This document shows positions 44,534 through 63,634 of a stretch of 64,000 nt of DNA, piece by piece; the stretch's first letter is position 1, and the number at the start of each line of letters is the position of its first letter. The notes under the pieces are model-generated. The model was not told the origin of the DNA, made no database searches, and saw only the letters and a list, made by a program, of their open reading frames with translations. This stretch comes from the human T2T-CHM13v2.0 reference genome, Homo sapiens: NCBI RefSeq assembly GCF_009914755.1, contig NC_060928.1; one strand, given 5' to 3'. The position numbers and the translations under genes were made by a program.

Positions 44534-45060
44534 CAGGGGTCCCTAACCCTTGGGTCACAGACCAGTACTAGTCCATGGCCTGTTAGGAACCAGGCTGCAC
44601 AGCAGGAGGTGAGTGGCCGGTGAGCCAGTGAAGCCTGTCAGTGTTTATAGCCACTCCCTATTGCTTGCATTACCGCCTGAACTTCTCATGTCCGATCAGC
44701 AGAGACATTAGATCCTCACAGAAGCATGAACCCTATTGTGAACTGCGTGTGCAAGGGATCTAGATTGTACGCTCCTCATGAGAATCTAATGCCTGATGAT
44801 CTGTCACTGTCTCCCATCACCCCTAGATGGGACCATCTAGTTGAAGGAAAACAAGCTCAGGGCTCCCACTAATTGTGCATTGTGGTGAGTTGTATAATTA
44901 TTTCATTCTATATGACAGTGTAATAATAATAGAAACAAAGTGCACAATAAATGTGATGAGCTTGAATCATCCCAGAACCATCCCCTTGCCTCACCTGGTC
45001 TGTGGAAAAGTTGTCTTCCATGAAATCGGTCCCTGGTCCTAAAAAGGTTGGGGACCACTG
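44534..45060. mobile_element. MER1A-like hAT-Charlie element, apparently full length (527 bp)
   Basis: TIR-like ends caggggtccctaacc...ggttggggaccactg; degenerate 8-bp flanks ccacagag/ctctagag. Confidence 0.85.
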
Positions 45061-45778
45061 CTCTAGAGCACATCCCATGGCACCCACGCAGGGTGGTTTA
45101 TTGAGAGCACAGAAGGAGGGAGGAGCATGAGATCTCAGGCCATCAGTAGACACTGTGAAGGAAAGACCTTGAGAAGGAAAACAGAAGGCGAGGGGCCGGC
45201 TTTCCTGCCCGGCTCACTCTCGTCACCGGGGCTCAAGGGAACGAAGCGCACCTGCTCTGGCCTCACGGGTGCGGTAGGGGAAGCCAAGACCACCCTGGCT
45301 GGGGGCAGAGATGGGAGCTCAGGGCTCTGAAGCCCAGGGAGAGGCTGCTGTGCAGGGCGGGGTTTCAAGACTCCCAGAGAGGCTGCTTGTGGGAAGCACG
45401 TGAAAGGCTCCTTAATCCAAGAGTGTCTCTGTTGACGACATAGTGCCACCTGCTAAGTCTCTGTCTTGCCAACATGAGCTGCAGTCAAGTTGTATTGCAT
45501 TAGGTCATTGAAACCTCCCAAGTGCATAGGACCCCGCCTACCTTTACCAAGGACCGCATAAAAAAAGAGGAGCCCCAAGCACCTTCTGGGTAGGCATGGA
45601 TAGCCGCCCACGGTACACTCTAATGGCAGCAACGGTATTTGCCTTTGGCCCAGAGAACGCTGTCTCAGGGCCCTCCTCCACAGTCTTGTTAGTGTTTGTA
45701 GCAGTAACAGACGTGCAGATGGAGAAGCTGAGTGTTGGTGAATCCACTGGAGGGTGGCATCAGACCTGGAGGGGTGTG

Positions 45779-46452
<674 letters not shown>

Positions 46453-47143
46453 ATGTGACAGGTTGACATGACGTCACGGCAGACGTGGAAGGTCCTGTAA
46501 TCAGGGTGTGGTAGCAGCCTCGCTGCCTGTCCTCAGGACAGCTCTGACCAGACTGGATCCCCCTGGCAGGGAAGCATAAGAGGTTGCTGGCCTGAGTCGT
46601 CAAGAAGTGACCATTGTGAAGCAGACATTCAGCTCGTCCCAGACAGCCCCCAGGAGGAGAGTCCAGACCCCGTGTAGATGTGTGTGATCAGAAAGAGTCC
46701 CTTGCAAGGGTCGTTCGAAGGCAGAGTGGGCTGTAGTGTGGAGATGAGTTCCCCATGATAGGGAATGTGGAGAATAGTTGGAGAGGTATTTGGACTAGGT
46801 GACCATGAGGTCTCATCTCAGATTTCATTTCAGGGACACATCTGTCCCTGACTGGGGCTGGTGGCCTCTGTGCCTGGTATTCATTGTTTCCCAGGGATTT
46901 GCAGAGTACCCTTCATGGGAGGCACTTGTCTGCAAGTCTAAGTGCAAATCAGCCTTGCCTGTCAACAAAGATGACTTGGGTGTGTCGGTGCTTCCTGTCC
47001 TGGTGTTGAACAGGAGACGCTGGCCTATTGCAGAGAAGCTTTGAGTCTGGAAGCTTTTCTGAATGGAACTCCCACCTCCCTTTCTCCTGCATTTGGTGTT
47101 TTTCTTCTGTAGGATTGATGCTGTTCACTTGATTTATCCCTGG

Positions 47144-47521
47144 TGTATTAGTCCATTCTTGCATTGCTATAAAGAAATACCTGAGACTGGATAATTTATA
47201 AAGAAAAGCAGTTTAATTGGCTCACGGTTCTGTGGCTGTGTAGGAAGCATGGCTGGGAGGCCTCGGGAAACTTACAATCATGGTGGAAGGTGAAGGGGAA
47301 GCCAGCACATCTTACGTGGCTGGAGTAGGAGGAAGGGGGGTGGGGAGGTGCTACACACTTTTAAACAACCAGATCTTCTGAGCACTCGCTATCACGAGAA
47401 CAGCACCTTCGGGGAAATCTGCCCCCATGATCTGATCACCTCCCACCAGGCCCCATCTCCAACAATGGGGATTACAGTTTGACATGAGATTTGGGCGGGG
47501 ACACAAATCTAAGCCATATCA
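47144..47521 (-). mobile_element. MST-family (MaLR) solo LTR
   Basis: tgtattagtccattcttgcattgctataaag...gccatatca with a perfect 5-bp TSD cctgg (47139-47143 and 47522-47526). Confidence 0.88.
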
Positions 47522-48192
47522 CCTGGCTTTCCCTTCATGTATCGATATAAGTTTCTGAGGTTGTGAATAACTTGTAACCTTCAGGTGACTTCAGAAAAAT
47601 AGTATAGTTAGTGATAACATAGGGAAAAAGATGAAAGAGAAGGAAGATGAACCGTTACCGAGTGCTGTGCCAAACCCCGTGTGGCTAGAGCCTCACTACT
47701 GCTTCCTGGTGTTACCACATCTGCAGATGACAGGAGGCTCCCGAGGGTCTCAGCCAGGCAGGCCTGTTGGGGTTTAGGTCAGCGGTGTCCTACGTAGCAT
47801 AACATCCTGCCCCTAAGAGCCTGGGGTGCTGTCCTTAGTTCCACATGTGATGGAAATGGCAGATAAAGTTCTAGTTTCAGAGATTCATTTCTCCAATTGA
47901 ACTGTAACTAAACACAAAAATGCCCTTAGGGAAATTCTTTTACTAAGACTGAAAAATCCTTTGGGAATAGTAATTTCTTCAGGTATCTGTTTCTTGAAGG
48001 TAAACATTTATTTTGAAATATTATATATGGTATTATTGCTGTTGTTCTAGGGAAAATGGTATATATGTAAAAATAACACATACATGTTCTCTCTAGGGAG
48101 AAAATAACAGTGTCACTTAAAAAGTAAAGTGTATTTCTTTAAAATTGCATGTTACATTGCTTTTACAAAGAGAAAACCAGTCTCTTCACTAA

Positions 48193-48541
<349 letters not shown>

Positions 48542-49439
48542 TGAAGAAACCATGAGAAACAATCTGCCACTAATACAATTGAGGGAAATTGAGCCACTTT
48601 AGTAACATCCAGAGAATAATAGTCATTCTGGAACCATGTATGCATGGGTGGGAGGTTGTGGGGAGCTGAAAACAACAGAAATTTATGCTCACAGTTCTTG
48701 AGGCCAGAAGTTCAGAATCAGTATGTCAGCAGGGCTATGTTCCCCTGAAGGCTTTGGGGGCAACTGCAGTGACCCCTGGAGTTCTTGGTTTGTGGCCACT
48801 CCACTCTCCACTGGAGCTGTTTTAATGCACTATTTAATTTAAAACCTTTGAATGAACATTGGTTGCTTCTAATCAATAACATTTTAGAAATTTTATACTG
48901 ATTCAAAGGCTTTAAAATGTTGAATACGTGTAAAATAATTGAGTCTCTGTTCACAAATAAGTATGTATGTATGTGGCAAGAGAGTTGGTAGGTTTTGTTT
49001 GTTTGTTTGAGATGGAGTCTTACTCTCTCAACTAGGCGGTGGTGTCATCTCAGCTCACTGCAACCTCTGCCTGCTGGGCTCAAGCAGCCCTCCCACCTCA
49101 GCCTCCAGAGTAGCTGGGATCACAGCGCACACCACCATGCCTGGCTAATTTTTTTTTTTTTTTTTTTTTTTTTTGTATTTTTGGTAGAGACGGGGTTTCA
49201 CCGTGTTGCCCAGGCTGGAAGTTTGAAATCAATTATTTTTATGTTTGCTGTCTGAAATTCATTCTTTCTCTGTTGTTTGACACATACATAAGCCTGCAGG
49301 TACCCAAATTTGTTCCAAAAAAAAAAAAATTTCCCTGAGGCTGTGAGGAGAGAGTCAAGGAAGAGGTTTTTATTGATGTTATTTATCAAACAACTCTTAC
49401 ACTGTACACTAAGATTTTATAATAACTGCAGACATATAC

Positions 49440-51200
49440 AATGAAAAGGGAGAATTGGCACCAATATTGAATCTTCCCATCCAAGAATATGGTATGTCAC
49501 TCTTTTTTAAGGTTTTTAAAAATATATTGTATTATGGTTTTATAGTTTGTAAATCTTGACCCATTTTGTGCCTCCATAGTCTGTAGTTTGAGGGGCTGCT
49601 ATGACCGGCATCTTGAGTGGGGAATGTGTGTTTAAAGCATTCATGCTGGAAACTGGGAAAATGGAGATGCCCTGTGACCAGTCATCTCGCCAGATGCCGG
49701 CATTAACTCTTGTAGTTTTTGAGTTGAGTCTTGAATCTGGGAGTCTAGGAAATCACGGTATCTTCTACAAATAATGATAGGTTTATCTCATCTTTTCCAG
49801 CATTTGTCCCCTTTTTTTGGCTTCCACTAGGACCTTCAGACCAGTGTGAATAAGAGCATTGATACTGGCACCCTTGTCCAGTCCTGGCTTCGAGGGGCTG
49901 CTGTGAGTGTTTCACCATGAAGTTTGATGCTTGCCATACAGACTTTTGATACTTTCTAGCAAATTAAAGAAGTTTACCTTTATTTCTAGTTGATTTAGGC
50001 TATCATTTAAAAAATAAAACAGGAAGATGTCAAAATTGATGGTATGATTTTTCTTATATCAATTTCTGTATGAGTTAAGAGTTTAGGTTACCTAATTTTG
50101 AGACATTCTTGCGTTCCTGGGATGAAACCCTAGTAGATCATGATATGTCATTCTTTATTCCATTATTAAATTTATTAGCTGATATTTGATTTAGGACGTG
50201 TGTGTGTGTGCGTGTGCGCCTGTGTGTGTGTGTGTGTGTATTCGGACAGCTATATAAAATTATTTTTAGAGACAGGGTTTCACACTGCTGGCCAGGCTGG
50301 AGTGCAATGACAAGATATTAGTTCTCTGCAGCCTCGAACTCCTGGGCTCAAGCTCTCCTCCCACTTCAGCCTCCTGAGTAGCTAGGACCATAGGCACATG
50401 CCAGTGTGCCAGCTAAGTTTTGGCTTGGTGCAGTGGCTCACAGCTGTAATCCCAGCACTTTGGGAGGCCAAAGCAGAAGGATCGCTTGAGCCCAGGAGTT
50501 TGAGGCCAACCTGGGCAACATAGGGAGAACCCCATCTCTACAAGGAAAAAAAAATTAGCCAGGTGTGGTGGTGTGTGCCTGTGGTCCTAGCTACTTGGGA
50601 GGCTGAGGTGGGAGGATCATAGGCCCAGGAGGTTGAGGCTACAGTAAGTTGTGATCATACCACTGTAGTCCAGCCTTGGTGACAGAGCAAGAGACCTTGT
50701 CTCAAAGATAATTTTATTTACAAACAAATGAAATTTTTTGTAGCGGTGGGGGTCTTGCCTTGTTACCTAGACTGTTCTCAAATTCCTGGCCTCAAGTGAT
50801 CCTCCTGCTTTGGCCTACCAAAGTGCTGGGATTACAGGTGTGAGCCACTGCATCCAGCCAGGACTTTTATATCTATATTCTGAGGTATAATTGAGTTGTC
50901 TTGGTCTTTGAGGTCTTACTTGTTTTGTATAAAGGTTGTGCTAGCTTCATAGAATGAATTGAGAAACTCTGTGTTTTTGCAATTTTCAGGAATAGTTTAA
51001 ATTTTCTGTCCCATGAAGGGTTTGATAGAACCTACCGTAAAACTTTGGGGCCTAATTCATTTTTACAGGGAAGAAGAACAAGAACTATAGATCTTGTCTG
51101 CCTTTTTCATTTATATGACATTTATTAGTGTATTTCAGGTTTCCTTCTCCCTCGAGTCAGTTTTACAAATAGAATTTGGCTCAAGAAGTTATCCATATCG
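49440..51200 (-). mobile_element. Degenerate L1M fragment
   Basis: gggagaattggcaccaatattgaatcttcccatcca and cattcttgcgttcctgggatgaaaccc motifs, parallel to 7780-9250. Confidence 0.65.
50198..50239. repeat. Interrupted (TG)n microsatellite
   Basis: Directly visible. Confidence 0.95.
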
Positions 51201-51593
51201 TTTAGTAAAGGGTTGTAAACTCACACCTGCAGGGCTAGGGAAAGTCACGGAAATGGATGATACAGGGTAGAGCGGCCCCAGCGTTCCTGTGGTGCTCATG
51301 GCCGTCACCACCCTCACCTTGAAAGTGCCCTCAGTTGGGATAGGCCCTAGTGGAGCCTGGGGCATGGGTAGCGAAGGCCACACCTGTGTGTGCGTGCGTG
51401 TGTCCTCCTGTTCTCTGTTAGGGGCAGTCCCCACTTGGGTCCAACAGTCTTCACAGGGCCACCAGAGCTGCCAGGTTGTCAAGAGAAGCCAGAAATCTGG
51501 ATTATTAGGTGAAATCTCGAACACTTTTAAAAAGAGGTGAAGTGCAAGTCGGACAAAATAGCCCATGAGCCCCTTGTTTGTAACTCTTCTTTA

Positions 51594-51932
<339 letters not shown>

Positions 51933-52575
51933 TCAGTCTCAAAAACAAAACAAAACAATCTTCATATGTACCCATATCCTTTCTCAATCCTGATTTTTTT
52001 TTAATGTTACCTTTTTCCCCCTTTTTCAGCCTTGACAGAAGCTTACAGAACCGACTTTCGGTTTTATTAATCACATATGCTTCTCTGTTTCCTCAGTAAT
52101 TTCTCTTTTTGCCTTTAACTCCTAACTTCTTTGTTAGTTTTGTTTTGCTTTGCTTTTTAAGTCTCATATGCCTGTTAATAGCTCTTCCTTTCCTGTAGTC
52201 TGAGCTCTTCGTGTGGCAGGACCGAGTTGCCATCATCTTGCTTATTTCTAACACATTCAGGGCACATAATGGGCATTCAGTAAATAGTGAATGTTCATCC
52301 ACTGTATTGACAGATTTAGTCAGAATATCTTGATTTCTCTTTTTACTGTTTATTCATCTCTGTCTTTCATGTGAGAAAAGTACTTGTGATGAGTTTGAGT
52401 AAAATAAAGAAATACCTGTTAACATATTTGTAGTATTGTATCTTTATTCTGTTTGCAGATGATGTTTCTCTCATATATATCATTTTAAGAAAGTCTCCTC
52501 TTGAAAATGTCTTGTATAATTGTCGCAGGTATTAAAGTTTTTCTTTTTTTTCTGTTTTTTACATCCCCTTACTAG

Positions 52576-52653
52576 ATGACAATGAAAACCAAGCAGCGCA
52601 TGTTAACAGAAGACTGGGAGCTTTTTAAACAAAGAAGATTCATTGAAGAACAG
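52576..52653 (+). CDS. FAM193A: FAM193A coding exon, MTMKTKQRMLTEDWELFKQRRFIEEQ
   Basis: Pyrimidine tract ending ccccttactag|; CAG|gtaagc donor; 78 nt, phase 0-0. Confidence 0.95.
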
Positions 52654-54330
52654 GTAAGCTTGTCAATAAGAGAGGCAATTAAAGGAAGTAGAAATCTGTC
52701 CTGACAGCAAATGACTTCTCTGCATGTTGATGTGCTTTGTTAGAACAGCATTGGAGGACCACATTGGCATGTTTTGCCAGCGTTAAAAACTGTTCAAGAT
52801 GGTGTTTTTAATCTCAAGATAAACTAATTTTCACCTATTTCCTTATCTTCCATATACGCCTCAAGAAAAACCCATGTGTATTGAGTGGCCTCTCTATCCC
52901 ACAGCAGCTCTGGGTATTTTGCAAAGGATATTACCTGAGTCCCCACAGTCCCCTATGAGGCAGATGGTGCCATCTGCAGTTTACATATGAAGGAGGGTGT
53001 TAGGGTGAGGTTAAGGATGTTGCCTGATGTCCCAGAGCTGGAATGGGGGCCCAGCATCCCCAGACAGAGCGCTCAGATCTCCAGACATTGCCAGGTGCCA
53101 TGCCTTCAACATGGCAGCTGGCAGATCTGGACTCTCCCTTCCTCATCTTCCTGGCGGTGCCTCCTCCAGGCAGGCTTGTGCTCCACCTTTGCTGGAGCTG
53201 TTGGGCAGAGCTTGCTAGTGATGTCCTGTATCTGGTCTGGGGGCCCTTGGCTTCATCTGGAAACTTGGCTTCCCCTGATCTCCCATCCACGTGCCACATC
53301 GACTCTCTTCCTGTTCTCTGACACTTCTCTCCATCTCCTTTACGAACTCCAACTTCATTGGTCTTTCTGCAAATATTGGTGGTTCCCTGGCCTTGACCCC
53401 ATGCCTGTCTCCACATTTGCATGCCCGTGGTCTCCTCTGGGCACCACAGGTATACAGATGGCACCAGTGTTGTGGCATGCTTACCTCTTCCCTTTCCCCA
53501 TTCTGCATGTGTCCCTGTGCTTTTGTTGTTGTTGTTGTTTTGAGACAAAGTCTCACTCTGTCGTCCAGGCTGAAGTGCAGTGGCGTGAACTCGGCTCACT
53601 GCAACCTCTGCCTCCCGGGTTCAAGCGGTACTCGTGTCTCAGCCTCCTGAGTAGCTGGGATTACAGGTGCCAGCCACCACGCCTGGCTAATTTTTGTATT
53701 TTTAGTAGAGATGGGGTTTCACCATGTTGGCCAGGCTGGTCTCAAACTCCTGACCTCAGGTGATCCGCCTGCCTCTGCCTCCCAAGGTGCTGGGATTACA
53801 GGCGTGAGCCACCTTTCCCGGCCATCCCGTCCTTTTGAGTGGCCCTTCCAGCTGCCACCTGTCCCATTGCCAGAGTGGGTCCAGAGTTCCTTCTCCTTTG
53901 AAATGCAGATGCTCACCTTGTCTGTTAGAAGTTGAGGTGCCATTTCCTCAATAGCTCCGAGGCCGACCCCTTGCCCTCCACGTGCCACTTTTCATTCCTA
54001 CAGCTCTGTTCTCAGTACCTTGCAAGTACCAAGCACATGGCAGACAGGGTAAAGGCCGGGTTTCTGCATCAGGTGTGTGCTGTGAGGGCGCACTGCAGCA
54101 TGTTTGCTGAAGACAAAAGCGATTAGGGTCTCCTGGTACCCGAGCCCTTTGCAGCTCAGCCCCCAGCTTGCTGCCGACTCCAGGTCTGCTGCCCCTGTAT
54201 TCCTGGTCCTGTCCCGCTGAGGAAGCAGTGCCCGTGAACATGATACATGTCAGCAGAATTACTGAAAAATAATGAGCCATGTCTCGGGGAAGGGTCTTGC
54301 AAGATTAAAGCATTTTAAAATTTCCTCTAG

Positions 54331-54443
54331 TTAACCAATAAGAAAGCAGTTACTGGCGAGAACAACTTCACAGACACCATGAGGCACATGTTATCGTCCC
54401 GGCTGAGCATGCCCGACTGCCCCAACTGCAACTACAGGAGAAG
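54331..54443 (+). CDS. FAM193A: FAM193A coding exon, LTNKKAVTGENNFTDTMRHMLSSRLSMPDCPNCNYRR(R)
   Basis: tttcctctag| acceptor, AAG|gtaagg donor; 113 nt, phase 0-2. Confidence 0.95.
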
Positions 54444-54584
54444 GTAAGGCTGGGTTGTGGTGTCAGCACGACTGGCCCATTGGACCTTCACTGGGCTGAG
54501 TGGAGGCCTAGAACCGACCCTTAGAGAGCATGGTCTAGTCTTGTGCATTGGTTGGCTTGGTAACTGTCCTTAATTCCTGATCAG

Positions 54585-54827
54585 ATGTGCTTGCGATGAC
54601 TGCAGTCTCTCACACATCCTCACGTGTGGTATCATGGACCCCCCCGTCACTGATGACATCCACATTCACCAGCTCCCACTTCAAGTGGATCCTGCTCCTG
54701 ACTATCTTGCTGAGAGGAGCCCGCCCAGTGTGTCATCTGCAAGCTCGGGGTCCGGCTCCAGCTCTCCCATCACAATTCAGCAGCACCCCAGGCTCATCCT
54801 CACAGACAGTGGCTCGGCACCAACTTT
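54585..54827 (+). CDS. FAM193A: FAM193A coding exon, CACDDCSLSHILTCGIMDPPVTDD...DSGSAPT(F)
   Basis: ttcctgatcag| acceptor, TT|gtaagt donor; 243 nt, phase 2-2. Confidence 0.95.
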
Positions 54828-56767
54828 GTAAGTTGTGACTTTGTAATAAAGTTTCCGAAATTTAAGTCGCCCCAGTAATGAGAAATACATACAGTAATGT
54901 CCACAGAAGTATGAACATCATTATTGTGCTTTTCATGACAAGGGACCCTGAGGTTTTTAATGCAGCTTTTAAAACATGAAATCAGTAAACCCAAACTTTT
55001 AACACTGTTTATCTGGGAAAAAAAAAACATGGTAAATTAATAAAGGCCAGTAAAGAAAAAACATGTTGGTATGCAGAGAAGAAGTGTCTCTAATTCCGGC
55101 CTCACATCTCCTCATTCTCCTAAAGGGTGACCAGTCCGCCGTCTGTCCTGTCTCCCTGTCAGCCCAGCACTCATGCTTGTTTCATGTCTTGCTAAGAACT
55201 CAGGTGATCGCTTTAGCAAGCAGTTGAAGGTTTCTGTTTTTCATGTTCCCGCATGATTAGAAGTACATTGTTGTGCAGCTGTCACCAATTCACATTGTAG
55301 TTGGCTGTTCCCAGATTTCTTCAGAGTTGTGACCCTGTCATTTGGGGAGGCTTCACATGCTAATTTCCAAAAGGGTTGCACTTGATCATATGTAGTTGCC
55401 AAAGTCAGCTTAGGTTTAGTTTACGTGTATCGTAGAGCACACAGGCATCATGTTCCATGTGGAAGTGTGCAGTGGGAGAGATTGTTGTTCCTGACCTTGG
55501 CTATGCAGCGTTTCTGGGATTTCTCTGACCAACTGACTTGTGTTCATTCCTTCTGTCTGGATTTCTCATGGTGACTGACGTTTTCCTTCAGTCTTTCCAT
55601 TTTCAATTTGGGCTTGTTCTCAGACAAAATAATTCTGAAAGGACTGGTTTAAACTCACTGACTCTCTTCATACAAAGATTGCAGGCTGCTGTTTATTGCC
55701 TTAGAGACACTGTGTACTCTCCAGGGCACAAGAAAGAGTGTTGACATTTTTGCAGCTGGCTGTTATCCAACTTCTTACTGAAACATAAAAATTAAACATA
55801 TATAGCCTAATGAAAATTTAAGATGGAAAATTTCATCCCTTTCATTTGTCACAGCTGCTGATGTCAGTTATGGTCTCTTGTGTCACGTGTGGTAGTGGAA
55901 GAAATTGGCTGTGGGAGCCTTTCTCCTTGGGCCGGAACTGCCCATCACCAGTTACGGGGAGCCTAGGTTCTCGGGACATCTGGGCCTTCAGCAGCTTGTG
56001 ATCAATGTCTTCCAAATGTAAACTATGATTTGAAAATCTCCAGTGTTATCTTTTCATTTGTATTGTCTCTTTCTTGGTGCCTTTTCTAAGTTGGTTAAAA
56101 AGAACAATGTGATTGTAGTCAGTGTACCACACAGTACTTCCTGGATCTTATGGGTTGGATCTTTACGGAGCTAGGGCTGGTGAAGCCTCCTGCTGTCACA
56201 TGGAGCAAATGGCTGAGTTACTTCACTAGAACCTCAGTTTTCTCATCTGTAAATTGTGCCTATGGTCATCCTCAGGAGTGTGTATGAGCATTGGCCCAGG
56301 CAGCGTCCCAGGTGCAGTGGGCCTGCAGGAAGCCCTAGGACTCTGCACCTTGTGGGTGCTGTTTGTACTTACCTCTGGTGAGCTCCAGACTCTAGCACGT
56401 TACTTGTAATGTGTTGAAAAGACACCGGAATTTGGTAGTCCTGGACACTCTTCACTCATTCTAGGAAGTGAGATCACGACGAGTTCCTAGGGTTTTGCCT
56501 TCTGGAGGTTGCTGTGTGCCCAGGCTGAAGATGGACTCAGTGCATGTTTTTGTGGACCTTGGAGCATCTTATTGCACTGAGCTTAAATGTGCCAGCTCTT
56601 TTAATGCACCAGAGCTGCATCTTAAGTGGTCTCTGTAGGCTAAAGCCTTGAAATCTGTTTAAAATTAATTTCAGGCCGGGTGCAGTGGCTGATGCCTGTA
56701 ATCCCAGCACTTTGGGAGGCCGAGGCGGGCGGATCACGAGGTCAGGGGATTGAGACTATCCTGGCTA

Positions 56768-57037
<270 letters not shown>

Positions 57038-57609
57038 TTAATTACGATCATGAGTGACCAGGCCATGACTGGCCTTAAAGCAAAAAAAATTAGTCTTCTG
57101 TTACATAAGTGCCTTTAAAGTTTTGTTCAACTGACTATTTCTGAAAATTTCAGCCCTAAGTTGAAAAAGCAAACACTAAACAGCTAAGGTTTAAAAAGCA
57201 AACACTAAACACCTAAGGTTGCCATCGGTACCCCTTTAATTTTAATCACAAATTGTGTTGTCTTGGGAGTAGCAGAGAGACTAGTTTTATACCAGCGCTC
57301 TTCAGGTCAAATGGAAACGTTAATCAGTCTGGTTAAATTTTTGTAGTTTCCTTAATATTTCTACTTTTGGAGGTTTTTCTGTTTGTTTTTTGTTTTTTAC
57401 TCTTCCAAATGGCACAAATGTTAATCTTCCAAGCATTTTTCTCATGTTGAGGTTACTAAGAAATGTTAGTGGTAGGAATGATACTTAACTAATACTCTTT
57501 GTAAATGAAAGCCGTGATCTGTCCAGGAAATATCTGTGCTTAGTGGCTGGTTTACTCATTGTCTTTCACAATTGAATGACCTCACAGTGACCATCTCTGC
57601 TTGTGTCAG

Positions 57610-57763
57610 TTGTAGTGATGATGAAGATGTTGCACCATTGTCAGCCAAATTTGCTGATATTTATCCATTGAGTAATTATGATGATACCGAGGTGGTGGCC
57701 AACATGAATGGAATCCACAGCGAATTGAATGGTGGCGGGGAAAACATGGCCCTGAAGGATGAG
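57610..57763 (+). CDS. FAM193A: FAM193A coding exon, CSDDEDVAPLSAKFADIYPL...ENMALKDE
   Basis: ctctgcttgtgtcag| acceptor, GAG|gtatgg donor; 154 nt, phase 2-0. Confidence 0.93.
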
Positions 57764-57880
57764 GTATGGACATGGCTTCTTCGTAGCAACAATAAATGAC
57801 ATAAAATGATGGTCTGACATTTTAATATTTTATATTACTCTGTTTTGAAAAGTGCAAATTACAAAAGATTGTCTTTAAAG

Positions 57881-58060
57881 TCTCCTCAGATAAGCAGTAC
57901 CAGCAGTAGTTCCTCAGAAGCTGATGATGAAGAAGCGGACGGCGAGAGTAGTGGGGAGCCCCCAGGGGCCCCGAAGGAAGATGGAGTGCTGGGAAGCAGG
58001 AGCCCCAGGACAGAGGAGAGCAAAGCAGACAGTCCACCCCCATCCTACCCAACACAGCAG
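57881..58060 (+). CDS. FAM193A: FAM193A coding exon, SPQISSTSSSSSEADDEEADGE...SPPPSYPTQQ (Ser/acidic, low complexity)
   Basis: gtctttaaag| acceptor (weak; an alternative lies at 57890), CAG|gtagga donor; 180 nt, phase 0-0. Confidence 0.92.
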
Positions 58061-58431
58061 GTAGGACTTTGCTTGCTGTTTTGCCAAGGATCTCTTTTTC
58101 TGTGTGTATTTTCTCTAAACATGAGCATTACTGAATACAAAATTATTTTGTTTCCCATAATTTCTGAAGGTTAGAACTGAAGAGAGTCAAGGCATACTTA
58201 CAATCTCCATTTGAATCTTGTTTTTCTTGCTCGAATATCAATCTTGATTTCGCAACACCCCATAGCAGCTCTGTGGAGGCCTTTTTTGTCTGTATAGAAG
58301 CAAAGAGAGGAGTTAAAAAAAAATAGTGGAATATTAAAATTTCAGGAAAGGTTTGTTTTTCCTGTTCATTATCTGTTCTTCTGTTAGCCAAAGGTGAGGG
58401 TACCTTATTAGCTTTTTTTCTCAGAATTTCA

Positions 58432-58797
<366 letters not shown>

Positions 58798-58919
58798 TCA
58801 AAGTGCTTGGCTGATTTATTTTATTAGGTAATATAAATGTAACACTCAGATGGTAAAGGTGATGTTGAAAGGTCTATCTGGGAAGTCTGACCACATCTCC
58901 TTACCAGTTTTTTCTTCTA

Positions 58920-63500
<4,581 letters not shown>

Positions 63501-63520
63501 AGAAAAATGTATTTATACAG

Positions 63521-63634
63521 TGCCTGCCTGCCTGCCTTCTTTTCTTTCTTTTCCTTTTCCTCTCTCTCTCTTTCTCTCTCTCTCTCTTTCTCTTTTCCTT
63601 TTCCTTTTCTTTTCCTTTTTCTTTTCCTTTTTTT
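63521..63634. repeat. Polypyrimidine low-complexity tract (ctttt/ct repeats) expanded from an Alu tail
   Basis: About 100 nt almost entirely C/T. Confidence 0.9.

Noticed and set aside
52987-53763. Overlapping 258-aa and 199-aa ORFs, and the 196-aa ORF at 43092-43682
   Set aside because: No recognisable domain; partly Alu/MIR derived; composition typical of non-coding GC-rich intron.
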